In this document: one piece after another, positions 17,201 through 24,306 of the stretch
Numbering within the stretch: the first letter of the stretch is position 1
Layout: each line of letters starts with the position of its first letter
NCBI GenBank assembly: GCA_018238625.1
Contig: JABCSY010000055.1
Coordinates: 1-26,173 of the forward strand
Length of the DNA: 26,173 nucleotides
Source: Promethearchaeota archaeon
GTDB lineage: Archaea > Asgardarchaeota > Lokiarchaeia > Sigyniarchaeales > SOKP01
Direction: 5' to 3'
Notes under the pieces: generated by a model
What the model was told of the DNA's origin: nothing
The model's input: only the letters and a program-made list of their open reading frames with translations
Databases searched by the model: none
Program-made: the position numbers and the translations under genes

Positions 17201-17230
17201 ATTGAGCGGCACGAATATAAATCAAGATAA
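14228..17230 (+). CDS. Glycyl radical enzyme (eliminase-type Cys loop) with N-terminal SCP2-like domain
   Basis: Cys loop TGCVEP (Cys641), glycyl motif VRVSGYN (Gly975), SIGRLDQ, TIGG...VNDMS, GALPSGR. Residues ~25-140 resemble SCP2. The likely start is ATG 14264 rather than TTG 14228. Confidence 0.93.
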   Translation: MDKIRHSKEIINMNELEIDKKVENFKEQLNLLAMIFDTRRKMRKEIYNEKTGFVFNAKYQFTTKDDKVNVIVIFKDGKMTVSEGKIEDPNITIYYKDKETLANLYNKSAEESLDYLLTNEMGYIGNMSYLTKFSYLTSLVTAPKKRDYKGPENRLIYPIEDIDKGKKSRKLRNESLNRKIDNVQVLKDPYLSKYTLDDFPRLKYLKNRRFALKPVVCIERAKHLTEYHRENGFEVDNSGNPIDPELRQARAVNHIMSNKKPIIHDKHLIAGSTTSKEVGIPLYPELIATGIWPELKTIGERELNPNDISDKDADILSLEVFPYWMERNVREYCRAKNNDPFSQHLEEGWVFYFMMKNNAISHTVPGFPMVLNEGLESVKNKANKMEIKADTTEKQNFYKAIQIAIDGVLAYSKNLSEEAFISANNLEQNDPDQAIRIEELKELSRICAKVPAKPAETIYEAIQSIWTSFVCLHCENANSALSIGRLDQMLQPFFLKEIEKAANDEERNQIVKKAIELVGSLFLRINDHDPVMPNVGWKLFGGSSSDDTVTIGGVDRDGKNAVNDMSFIILKTNEMLGFQDPNMNARYYSGINSKEYLRRLCEVNINMGASPSIHNDRTMIEALVHEEFSIEDARDWAATGCVEPTIVGKHYGHTNCMLLNLVAPLEIMLNNGFIPLTGEKVGPETGDVRTSFPTFEAFLNAYKTQLKYLAEKSIEINNYLGEAHKYIHPTPLLSGFFEGPLEQGKDLIQGGAIYNTSGVALVALTDVVDSLLVVRDLIYKKKELNFATLMDAIENNFENGYESILHNIEQVPKFGSGENGTVELAQDLIDFCYDVYHSADNYRGGKYLVGYWSISYHAGFGMLTGALPSGRKKGKSLTPGLTPAPGTTDILLPSIQSVASLDYLKMANNASYNVKLIPHSGDTHEETLDLFTSYVQSFFDLNGMQWQFNVVSTDTLRDAMANPIDYRWLLVRVSGYNAYFTKLNKNMQLEFIERHEYKSR

Positions 17231-17245
17231 ACCTAATGAAAGATA

Positions 17246-17282
17246 TTTTTTTATTCATTTTATCTAACTTTTTAATTTTTTT
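17246..17282 (+). terminator. T-rich terminator-like tract between the GRE and its activase
   Basis: T7 (17246-17252), T4, T5 and T7 (17276-17282) within the 88-bp spacer. Confidence 0.4.
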
Positions 17283-17318
17283 ATCAATACTTCTATTGAC
17301 GATACTATAATCTCAACA

Positions 17319-18218
17319 ATGACAGATAAAACTCTATTAGTAGATATTAAAAGGAACGCTTTAGATGACGGTCCGGGAATAAGAACGTTACTATTTTTTA
17401 AAGGATGCCCACTTTCTTGTGTATGGTGCCAAAATCCTGAAGCTAAATCGCCATTTAAAGAAATTTCTTTTAATAAAGATAGTTGTAGTGAATGTGGAAC
17501 ATGTTTAAAAGTTTGTAATCAAGATGCAATAGATTTTTCAAACAAATATCGAATAGATCGCTCTTTATGTGATCTCTGTGGTAATTGCATTGAAGTATGC
17601 CCAAATTACGCCTTAGAATTTGTAGGACAAGAATATAGCATAAAAGAATTACTTGAAATTATATTAAAAGATAGAATTTTTTATAAAAATTCAGGTGGAG
17701 GTGTTACTTTTTCTGGTGGAGAACCACTTTATCATATAGATTACATAAAGGAATTAGTAAAAGAACTCAAAAAAGAAGATATTCACGTATGCATTGAGAC
17801 ATGTGGATATTATACTCGAGATAAATTTTATGAAATTATTTTACCATATATCGACCTTATTTATTTTGATTTGAAAATTTACAATCCAAAATTACATGCT
17901 AGATATTGTAAAGTTTCAAACGAGAGAATATTAGAAAATTTTGAAGATATCCTTAAAAACAAATCAATAGAATTATTACCAAGGATTCCTCTTATTCCTA
18001 ATATAACTGATACTGAAGAAAATTTGAATAACTTAGCTAATTATTTGAAATCCTTAAAAGTAAAAAAAATAGAATTATTGCCTTATAATCCACTCTGGCT
18101 CTCTAAACCAGAAAGAATAGGAATTAAACCATCCTATAACTATACTGAATGGTTAACTAAAAAGAAAAAAAAAGAGATTAAAGAGATATTTTCAGATTTT
18201 AAATTTAAAGATTTCTAA
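17319..18218 (+). CDS. Glycyl-radical enzyme activating enzyme (radical SAM) with 2x[4Fe-4S] ferredoxin insertion
   Basis: DGPGIRT..FFKGCPLSCVWCQNPE, CSECGTC...C and CDLCGNC...CP, GGGVTFSGGEP, IETCG, FDLK, RIPLIP, ELLPYN. Confidence 0.95.
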   Translation: MTDKTLLVDIKRNALDDGPGIRTLLFFKGCPLSCVWCQNPEAKSPFKEISFNKDSCSECGTCLKVCNQDAIDFSNKYRIDRSLCDLCGNCIEVCPNYALEFVGQEYSIKELLEIILKDRIFYKNSGGGVTFSGGEPLYHIDYIKELVKELKKEDIHVCIETCGYYTRDKFYEIILPYIDLIYFDLKIYNPKLHARYCKVSNERILENFEDILKNKSIELLPRIPLIPNITDTEENLNNLANYLKSLKVKKIELLPYNPLWLSKPERIGIKPSYNYTEWLTKKKKKEIKEIFSDFKFKDF

Positions 18219-19999
18219 ATCGGTTTACCTTGGGCATCCCACTCTCTAATGTGGTAATATTTTTCCAATAATCCTTCTAATGGGGGAATATTTCGTTTAG
18301 ATCCACCTTTTTCAAGGGGGGTATAAAATCTCTTCCCAAAATTATCGTCTGCTTTAGTGATCCCACATTTAACATTAAAAATTCTTTTCATTCTAATGAT
18401 CTTTTGTCCTGCTTTCATGAAATCGTCGACTGTAAATGCCCTTCCAGTAATTCCATTAAGACCATTTATCCAAGGTGTGAGTTTGTGGATGAACCAAAAT
18501 CCAAATATACATCCCCCACACGCAGAAAACGCCTCACTGCCATCCTGAATCTTTATTACAGCTTCAGCAACATCATCCCCCGTTCCAAAACGATCTACTT
18601 GTTCGGTTAAACCGATTTCTTCTTTTTGATTCATATAGGAAGACAAATGCATCGGTTCATAACAATGATATGCACCTCGAGGTGTTGTTGCGTAATCTAA
18701 TGCTGTTAGATTATTTGCTCGTGGTTCATGAGCAGGAACTTCGAGTCCTTTTCCATGCATAGAGAGTTCTTCTGGCAAACCCTTTACTTCACAAAAAGAT
18801 CTCACTCCTTCAGCTAAATCATCACCAATTCCTTCTCGATAAGCAATTTTAGTGAAGAGTTTTTCTATCGGTCCAATAGCACCCCAAATATTTTCTTCAG
18901 TGAACCCAAATTCATCTAAATTAACATCAATTAGCTTTCTTTCAATAGATTCTAGGAAACATCCTATTACTGCCCCAAGACTAATTGAGTCCAGTCCAAG
19001 ATCATTAACTATTAAATTCCATTTGATTAACGCCTCTAAGTCGTTAACCAATAAATTAGAACCTAACATTCCTAGGGTTTCATATTCTGGGCGAGTTACC
19101 CATTCTCCCTCATATTCCACGAATCCCCTGCAAGCCGTTGGACAATTAAAACAGCCATGCATTTTGACCTCTCCTCTTGCGTTTAACGCCTTAGCACCAG
19201 TTTTTTTCATCCCAATCCATCTTCCCATTGTATAATTCTTAATAATAATATCCCCTACACTAGCCATGGAATCTATGTGGACTGGCGTACCTGAATCTGC
19301 AAATACCATTCCTAATGCAGATGTCTTTAATAATTCTCTAAGTTCTTTAGCTGCATCATTTACTTTATCTTTATCTTGAACGGTAACTTTACCCGTGCCA
19401 CGAACTGCAATAGCTTTTAAGTTCTTGCTTCCCATTACAGCTCCCATTCCGCAACGTCCAGCTGCGTGATGCTTATCATTGATTATACACGCGTATTTGA
19501 CTAAATTTTCTCCAGCAGGTCCAATAGTAGCTACTTTTATTTTATCGTTTCCAACCAGCTCTTTTATTTTTTCATCAGTTTCTTGAGTCCCTTTCCCCCA
19601 CAATTCAGAAGCATCCTTTATTTCTGCTACTCCATCATTTATCCATAGATAAACTGGACTTTGACTTTTGCCCTTAATGATTACTAGATCAAAACCTGCA
19701 GATTTAAGCTCCTTACCAAAAAAACCTCCTGAAGATGCTTCCCCGAGAATTTTAGTTAGTGGTGATTTTGCTGTAATAAAGTATCTACCACAGAAAGGAA
19801 TAGCTGTGCCGCAAAATGGTCCAACTGAGAAGATCAAAGGATTATTCCCATCAAACGGATCAATTTCGGGATCTACTTCTCGCGTGAAGATCGCAGTTGC
19901 TAAACCCATTCCTCCGATTAAAGACACTTCATCTTCATCAGTGTAATCTTCATAGTCAATGTTTTTCGTTTCTAAATCTATTCTTAAAATTTTTGCGAT
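18215..19999 (-). CDS. aor: Tungsten-dependent aldehyde:ferredoxin oxidoreductase family protein
   Basis: KSPLT, AGFD, IGPAGE, AAGRCGMGAVMGSKNLKAI, CFNCPTAC, PEYET, DLGLD and a fourth Cys in GGCIF. The frame extends 24 codons upstream of the track's GTG 19927 to ATC-GCA-AAA-ATT-TTA-AGA-ATA-GAT-TTA (xAKILRIDL), the usual AOR N-terminus. Confidence 0.93.
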   Translation of the reverse strand: MAKILRIDLETKNIDYEDYTDEDEVSLIGGMGLATAIFTREVDPEIDPFDGNNPLIFSVGPFCGTAIPFCGRYFITAKSPLTKILGEASSGGFFGKELKSAGFDLVIIKGKSQSPVYLWINDGVAEIKDASELWGKGTQETDEKIKELVGNDKIKVATIGPAGENLVKYACIINDKHHAAGRCGMGAVMGSKNLKAIAVRGTGKVTVQDKDKVNDAAKELRELLKTSALGMVFADSGTPVHIDSMASVGDIIIKNYTMGRWIGMKKTGAKALNARGEVKMHGCFNCPTACRGFVEYEGEWVTRPEYETLGMLGSNLLVNDLEALIKWNLIVNDLGLDSISLGAVIGCFLESIERKLIDVNLDEFGFTEENIWGAIGPIEKLFTKIAYREGIGDDLAEGVRSFCEVKGLPEELSMHGKGLEVPAHEPRANNLTALDYATTPRGAYHCYEPMHLSSYMNQKEEIGLTEQVDRFGTGDDVAEAVIKIQDGSEAFSACGGCIFGFWFIHKLTPWINGLNGITGRAFTVDDFMKAGQKIIRMKRIFNVKCGITKADDNFGKRFYTPLEKGGSKRNIPPLEGLLEKYYHIREWDAQGKPI

Positions 20000-20025
20000 T
20001 TTTTAACACCAATTTTTGCTATAAT

Positions 20026-20045
20026 TGTAAATAATTCTGTTTACA
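20026..20045. promoter_or_regulatory. TGTAAA-N8-TTTACA inverted repeat between the AOR TATA-like box and start
   Basis: Perfect 6-bp arms, directly downstream (on -) of TATAAATA at ~20049-20056. Confidence 0.35.
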
Positions 20046-20191
20046 TGCTATTTATAGATTTTCTTCGTGATTATAATGTTTGTAATAACAGTCATAAAAT
20101 AAATTTTTAATACTTAGAAATAAATAGAATTGAGAACCTTATCTAATAAAGTCAAATTGATAATTAAATTAAATAAAACAGTTTTGTTATC

Positions 20192-21157
20192 ATGTTAAAT
20201 ACACCTAAGTTTTCTGTACTTGATGGTCATATCGATACGATTCGCAAGATTTCAAGAGATAAACGCGACTTCTTAATCCGATCTGATATCGGTCATTATG
20301 ATTTACCTCGTATGGAAGAAGGAAATGTGCAGGCTGCAATTTTTGCAATCTATCCGGCTTCGTCTACGAATCGCATTCTAAAAGGTCTTGACTTATGGTT
20401 TAAATTTGTCTTTAATCCTCTTAATGGATTAATGCAAATTAAAAGAATAGATGATTTTGCTAAAATACAAGCATCGGGTAAAAGGGGAGCTATCCTACAT
20501 TTTGAGGGTGCTGGAGGAATTGATAAAACTTTTCGCCTTTTAAGGATTGCGTATCGTCTTGGGCTGCGAACAATGGGTTTAAGCTGGTCAAATGTAAATA
20601 AATTTGCTACGGGAGTGATGTTTAACGACCCTCAAAAAGAAACTGGTCTAACCAAAGAAGGAATAAAATTAGTAGCTGAAGCACAGGCTCTTGGTATCAC
20701 CATAGATGTTTCTCATTTAAACGAACCTTCTTTTTGGGATGTTTATGAAATCACTGAAAAACCTATTTTTGCCTCACATTCAAATGCTCGCGCAATTGTT
20801 AACCATCCAAGGAATTTAACTGATGAGCAAATCAAAGCAATTCATGAAAAGCATGGAACCATAGGAATTAATTTTGTGATGAGTTTTCTAAATGCTAAAG
20901 AACCAGGAATGTGTAATTATAACCTAAATTTTGATTCAATTAAAAAACATATTGACCATCTCGTTGAAATTGCTAGTATCGATATAGTAGCTATAGGTTC
21001 AGATTTTGATGGGGCAACTACACCAACTTGCGTTAAAGATTGCTCTAGGTTTCCCCGATTATGGGATTATCTTCTTGAAAATGGGTATAGTGAACAAGAT
21101 ATTGAAAAAATATCTCATACAAATTTATTACAAGTTTTTAAAAAAACATGGAAATAG
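20192..21157 (+). CDS. M19 (renal/membrane dipeptidase family) metallo-dipeptidase
   Basis: DGHIDT, DLPRM, HFEG, GLT, IDVSHL, ASHSN, HPRNLTD, IGSDFDG. Confidence 0.93.
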   Translation: MLNTPKFSVLDGHIDTIRKISRDKRDFLIRSDIGHYDLPRMEEGNVQAAIFAIYPASSTNRILKGLDLWFKFVFNPLNGLMQIKRIDDFAKIQASGKRGAILHFEGAGGIDKTFRLLRIAYRLGLRTMGLSWSNVNKFATGVMFNDPQKETGLTKEGIKLVAEAQALGITIDVSHLNEPSFWDVYEITEKPIFASHSNARAIVNHPRNLTDEQIKAIHEKHGTIGINFVMSFLNAKEPGMCNYNLNFDSIKKHIDHLVEIASIDIVAIGSDFDGATTPTCVKDCSRFPRLWDYLLENGYSEQDIEKISHTNLLQVFKKTWK

Positions 21158-21174
21158 GTTTTTATTAATTTAAG

Positions 21175-21184
21175 AAAAAAAAAA
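21175..21184 (-). terminator. Oligo-T (T10) terminator
   Basis: A10 on +, 19 nt downstream of the stop of 21204..21530, in a convergent spacer. Confidence 0.55.
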
Positions 21185-21203
21185 GGATTTGTTTATTTTT
21201 AAT

Positions 21204-21530
21204 TTATTCTGGTGGCTTGAGCCCTACAACATCCATTGCTTCGACAATTGAGGACATAACTTCGATCTGATATTTATAGCCTTCAATACCATTTGCGATA
21301 AAAAGCAAACCTTTATTTTGTAGGGCAAGATATTCTTTAAGTTTCCCTTCTTTGATTTCCTCTGCGCTTACTACTTTGTATCCTTCTTTGGTTGTAGCGA
21401 CAGCATTATTTAGGAGTACTTTAGAAAGGGACCTATCTCCTGGATATTTTTTCAAAGCTTCAATGAACAGTTTCCCTGCCTCAGAGGCTTTAACATGGGG
21501 AATCCATACTGTAGTCATAACTATTACCAT
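21204..21530 (-). CDS. Hypothetical 108-aa alpha/beta protein
   Basis: Strong SD AGGTGA 5 nt before the ATG and a downstream T10 terminator; alternating strand/helix pattern. Confidence 0.85.
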   Translation of the reverse strand: MVIVMTTVWIPHVKASEAGKLFIEALKKYPGDRSLSKVLLNNAVATTKEGYKVVSAEEIKEGKLKEYLALQNKGLLFIANGIEGYKYQIEVMSSIVEAMDVVGLKPPE

Positions 21531-21570
21531 CTATATCACCTTAAATAATCAATATTTTATTAGATTCGCA

Positions 21571-21623
21571 TCATTTTTTGACAAAAATGACAATTTTTAT
21601 ATGTTAACCATTTATATAAAAAT
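21571..21623. promoter_or_regulatory. Two adjacent inverted repeats upstream of the 108-aa gene
   Basis: TCATTTTT-tgac-AAAAATGA (21571-21590) and ATTTTTATAT-N11-ATATAAAAAT (21593-21623); the second overlaps a TTTTTATATAAA box on the minus strand. Confidence 0.4.
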
Positions 21624-21634
21624 ATTACTGAAAT

Positions 21635-22501
21635 CTAATTCTTTGCTGGTGATGCGTAACAATAAGCACAATTGTGTTTGCAACGAAATATTCCAGTATA
21701 TCCACCTATATCTTTAGATTTAAAACACCCGCAGCCTTTTCTCTGTCCTGTATCTTTTAATTTTGAAATCTTCTCCCCTATAATTTGCTCGATTTTATTA
21801 GCGTCAATACAATGAGCTTGTTCAATGCCATTTATTTCGAGTAAATCAGGTTGGCAACAAGCTTTTATTTGTATATCATTCTTATTGCAAACCTCTAATA
21901 ACTTGTTAAGAATCTCTTTCTTTTTATTAAAAGGGGGATCAAGGGGGATAAAATCTCTCTTTTTCATTCGATTACTCACTTTATTGTAGATTGTCGCGAA
22001 GGAAAATATCATTTCTTTTAGCCCAAGAACAGAAACTTTTTCTATTATATATTCAAATTTGTCTAGGTTACTTCTTATTTTATTATCATCCTTCTTTTTG
22101 TAAATGATTATAGGGTCAAATCTAAAACTTACAGCGTTGGAACCAAACTCATCGATCAACCATTCTAGTTGAGTAAATCTCTCTTCTAAGGAGATATCCA
22201 GATTTTGCTCTAATTCAGAAGGTGAGTTAATCGTGAATTGAAAGTAATGTCCCTTATACGATTTAAAGAGTTGTTTATTTTTTTCATAAGTTTTTATCCA
22301 TGCTTTAAAGTTTTTACTCCACCACACCCAACATCTTACATCTTCGGATTTCAACGAAACACGAGACACTTGTTTACGATTAAATGGATTAACCACATCT
22401 ACATAACCGATCTGGATTTTATCGATTACCCAATCCATTAAAAAAGCGGGAATATCTGTTCTGCGAGAGCAAGAAATTACAGGAGATTTTACAATTTTCA
22501 T
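21635..22501 (-). CDS. DUF1848 family protein (C-terminal radical-SAM-like CxxxCxxC)
   Basis: IS-x-SRRTDIPAF, NPFN, WSKN, QFTI, RFDPI, CID, DTGQR..CGC..S-x-DIG and CKHNCAYCYA. Confidence 0.9.
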   Translation of the reverse strand: MKIVKSPVISCSRRTDIPAFLMDWVIDKIQIGYVDVVNPFNRKQVSRVSLKSEDVRCWVWWSKNFKAWIKTYEKNKQLFKSYKGHYFQFTINSPSELEQNLDISLEERFTQLEWLIDEFGSNAVSFRFDPIIIYKKKDDNKIRSNLDKFEYIIEKVSVLGLKEMIFSFATIYNKVSNRMKKRDFIPLDPPFNKKKEILNKLLEVCNKNDIQIKACCQPDLLEINGIEQAHCIDANKIEQIIGEKISKLKDTGQRKGCGCFKSKDIGGYTGIFRCKHNCAYCYASPAKN

Positions 22502-22546
22502 TAAATCATTTGAATTTTTTTGTATAATTTTTTTATATATTAGGTG

Positions 22547-24178
22547 CTATTTTCCCGATAGATATAAAATCATTGCTGAAACGAATAAATCCTTTTTCTC
22601 GTTCATTAGCAATTGCTCATCTATGTTTTGCAAACCATCAAGTGAAACATTGAACTTTCTTAGGAGTAAATTGTCAAAGATCATTAAATGAGGATTTGAA
22701 AATGCCGCGCCGCTTTTTGTTTCTTGTCGTAGAAATTTTCTAAATTTAGGTTCTAACCAGATTTTAAAAGGACCAGGGCTATGTTCTGCTTTATGTTTTA
22801 TGTTGAATTTACTTTGAAGATTAATAATAACATCAAAGACAGTTTCGCATATTAATTTCAAATTCTTTTCGTTTTCTTTGTAGAAATACGGAATTGGGAC
22901 TGGTAAGCGCATATGTAACAGTAATCCTTGACCCTTCCGAAAGTTAATATGGCCATATCCAAAAATTACTTTATGGAACCCATGCTTTACAAATAGTTCA
23001 TTGATAGTCTCAATGATGTCTGGCAAGTTTTTTGGTTCGCTTAAGACATCTTCAAACCCTGGAAATGCGATATAATCGGTAGATTTGTCTTCAGTTTGAA
23101 CTATTAAAGCAAAAGATGAACGTTCTTGAAGATAATCTTGAAATTCTTCTTCGTTTAATATTTTCCAAGAACAATCAGCCTGTTGTTTCATTACATCAAT
23201 AAATTTATCAACATTATTCTTAGATCCCTCAATAAGGGCTGCCCATTTCACAACTTTATTCTTTTTACTTTCGCTCCCAAGTTCGCTAAACTTTCCAGGA
23301 AGGCTTTCATCTGAAATTACAAATTCGCTAACTAAGGGAAAAATCTTAGAATCTAAAATTGATTGCAAACCCTTAAACGCTAAATTCAAATTATATCCAT
23401 ACATAATAGCTTGTTTCAAATTAGTTTCTGGACGATATAATTTAATTGTTGCGCTTAGTATCACACCAAAATAACCATTTCCACCAATTATATTCATGAA
23501 AAGAGCATGATTATTATCAATCTCAACGATCGTTCCGTTTGGCCTCATAACACGAATTCTCTCGACCCAATTTTCCACCGAACCCAATTTTCCTGAAGTT
23601 ATCCCGCTTGCATTCGAAGCAATTAACCCCCCTACTCTTACAGGTAACTTTAAAGCGCTTGCTGGTTGAACGGGGAAGATTAAACTATTATTACTTTTAA
23701 GTAGTGTGTATTTAATTAGATCTGATACCATAACATTTTGATTTACCCGAACAATATCATTTTTAAAATCGTATTGCATTGCTTCTTTATAGGATTGAAA
23801 ATCAACCATATCAACAATAATACCAAAATTCCCATAACTTCCAGAAAGGCCCGTTTTTCCTCCAGCAAAAGTAATGGGAATCTTAAATTTCTGAGAGTTT
23901 TTTACTATAACTCGTAATTGTCTCTCAACCTTAGGTCTAAATAGAATGTAAGGTCTTAAGTGGAGGTGTGACGTATCTCGAATAACACTTGCTTGTATTG
24001 GATCTCCAACAAGCATCACATAACCGGATCGAAAGAGTTTGTAATATTTATTACCCTTTGGTATTTTTGGAGCCTTTATAAAAGTTAATTTAAGAAAACC
24101 TTCCCTTTCCATGTGGTCTAAAAATGGCTCCCAAGGTAGTTTATCTTGAAGGTTTTTGATCAAAGTATTTTTTTCCAT
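22547..24178 (-). CDS. VAO/PCMH-fold FAD-linked oxidoreductase, GlcD/D-2-hydroxyacid-dehydrogenase-like, divergent
   Basis: FAGGKTGLSG, FPVQPAS, VGGLIASNASG, IIGGNGYFGVI; C-terminal GYGH...LLH...AEH. Confidence 0.8.
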   Translation of the reverse strand: MEKNTLIKNLQDKLPWEPFLDHMEREGFLKLTFIKAPKIPKGNKYYKLFRSGYVMLVGDPIQASVIRDTSHLHLRPYILFRPKVERQLRVIVKNSQKFKIPITFAGGKTGLSGSYGNFGIIVDMVDFQSYKEAMQYDFKNDIVRVNQNVMVSDLIKYTLLKSNNSLIFPVQPASALKLPVRVGGLIASNASGITSGKLGSVENWVERIRVMRPNGTIVEIDNNHALFMNIIGGNGYFGVILSATIKLYRPETNLKQAIMYGYNLNLAFKGLQSILDSKIFPLVSEFVISDESLPGKFSELGSESKKNKVVKWAALIEGSKNNVDKFIDVMKQQADCSWKILNEEEFQDYLQERSSFALIVQTEDKSTDYIAFPGFEDVLSEPKNLPDIIETINELFVKHGFHKVIFGYGHINFRKGQGLLLHMRLPVPIPYFYKENEKNLKLICETVFDVIINLQSKFNIKHKAEHSPGPFKIWLEPKFRKFLRQETKSGAAFSNPHLMIFDNLLLRKFNVSLDGLQNIDEQLLMNEKKDLFVSAMILYLSGK

Positions 24179-24306
24179 ACCCAGTTATGTCTCTGTTTAA
24201 TTTCATCTATCTAAGCTTTCAATTATCCTAAAGTAAAGGAACTTATCAAGATTAAAATAATTTCTGCAATAAAAAATTTTTTCTTTAGCGCCATTTTTTT
24301 ATTAAT

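Noticed and set aside
14228-17230. Calling the GRE pyruvate formate-lyase or alkyl/benzylsuccinate synthase
   Set aside because: The Cys loop is GCVEP (no Cys-Cys pair, catalytic Glu present), no small accessory subunits are seen, and the activase has a ferredoxin insertion absent from PflA.
18215-18218. 4-bp overlap of convergent stop codons (activase/AOR) as an antisense control device
   Set aside because: Overlapping convergent stops are common in compact AT-rich genomes and nothing else supports regulation.
1354-22441. Short ORFs nested in or antisense to real genes (e.g. 1354..1539, 1792..2028, 3039..3227, 3712..4020, 5153..5467, 8375..8596, 11051..11314, 14700..15011, 18852..19235, 21352..21717, 22238..22441)
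   Set aside because: They are shadow frames of well-supported CDSs with no motifs of their own.
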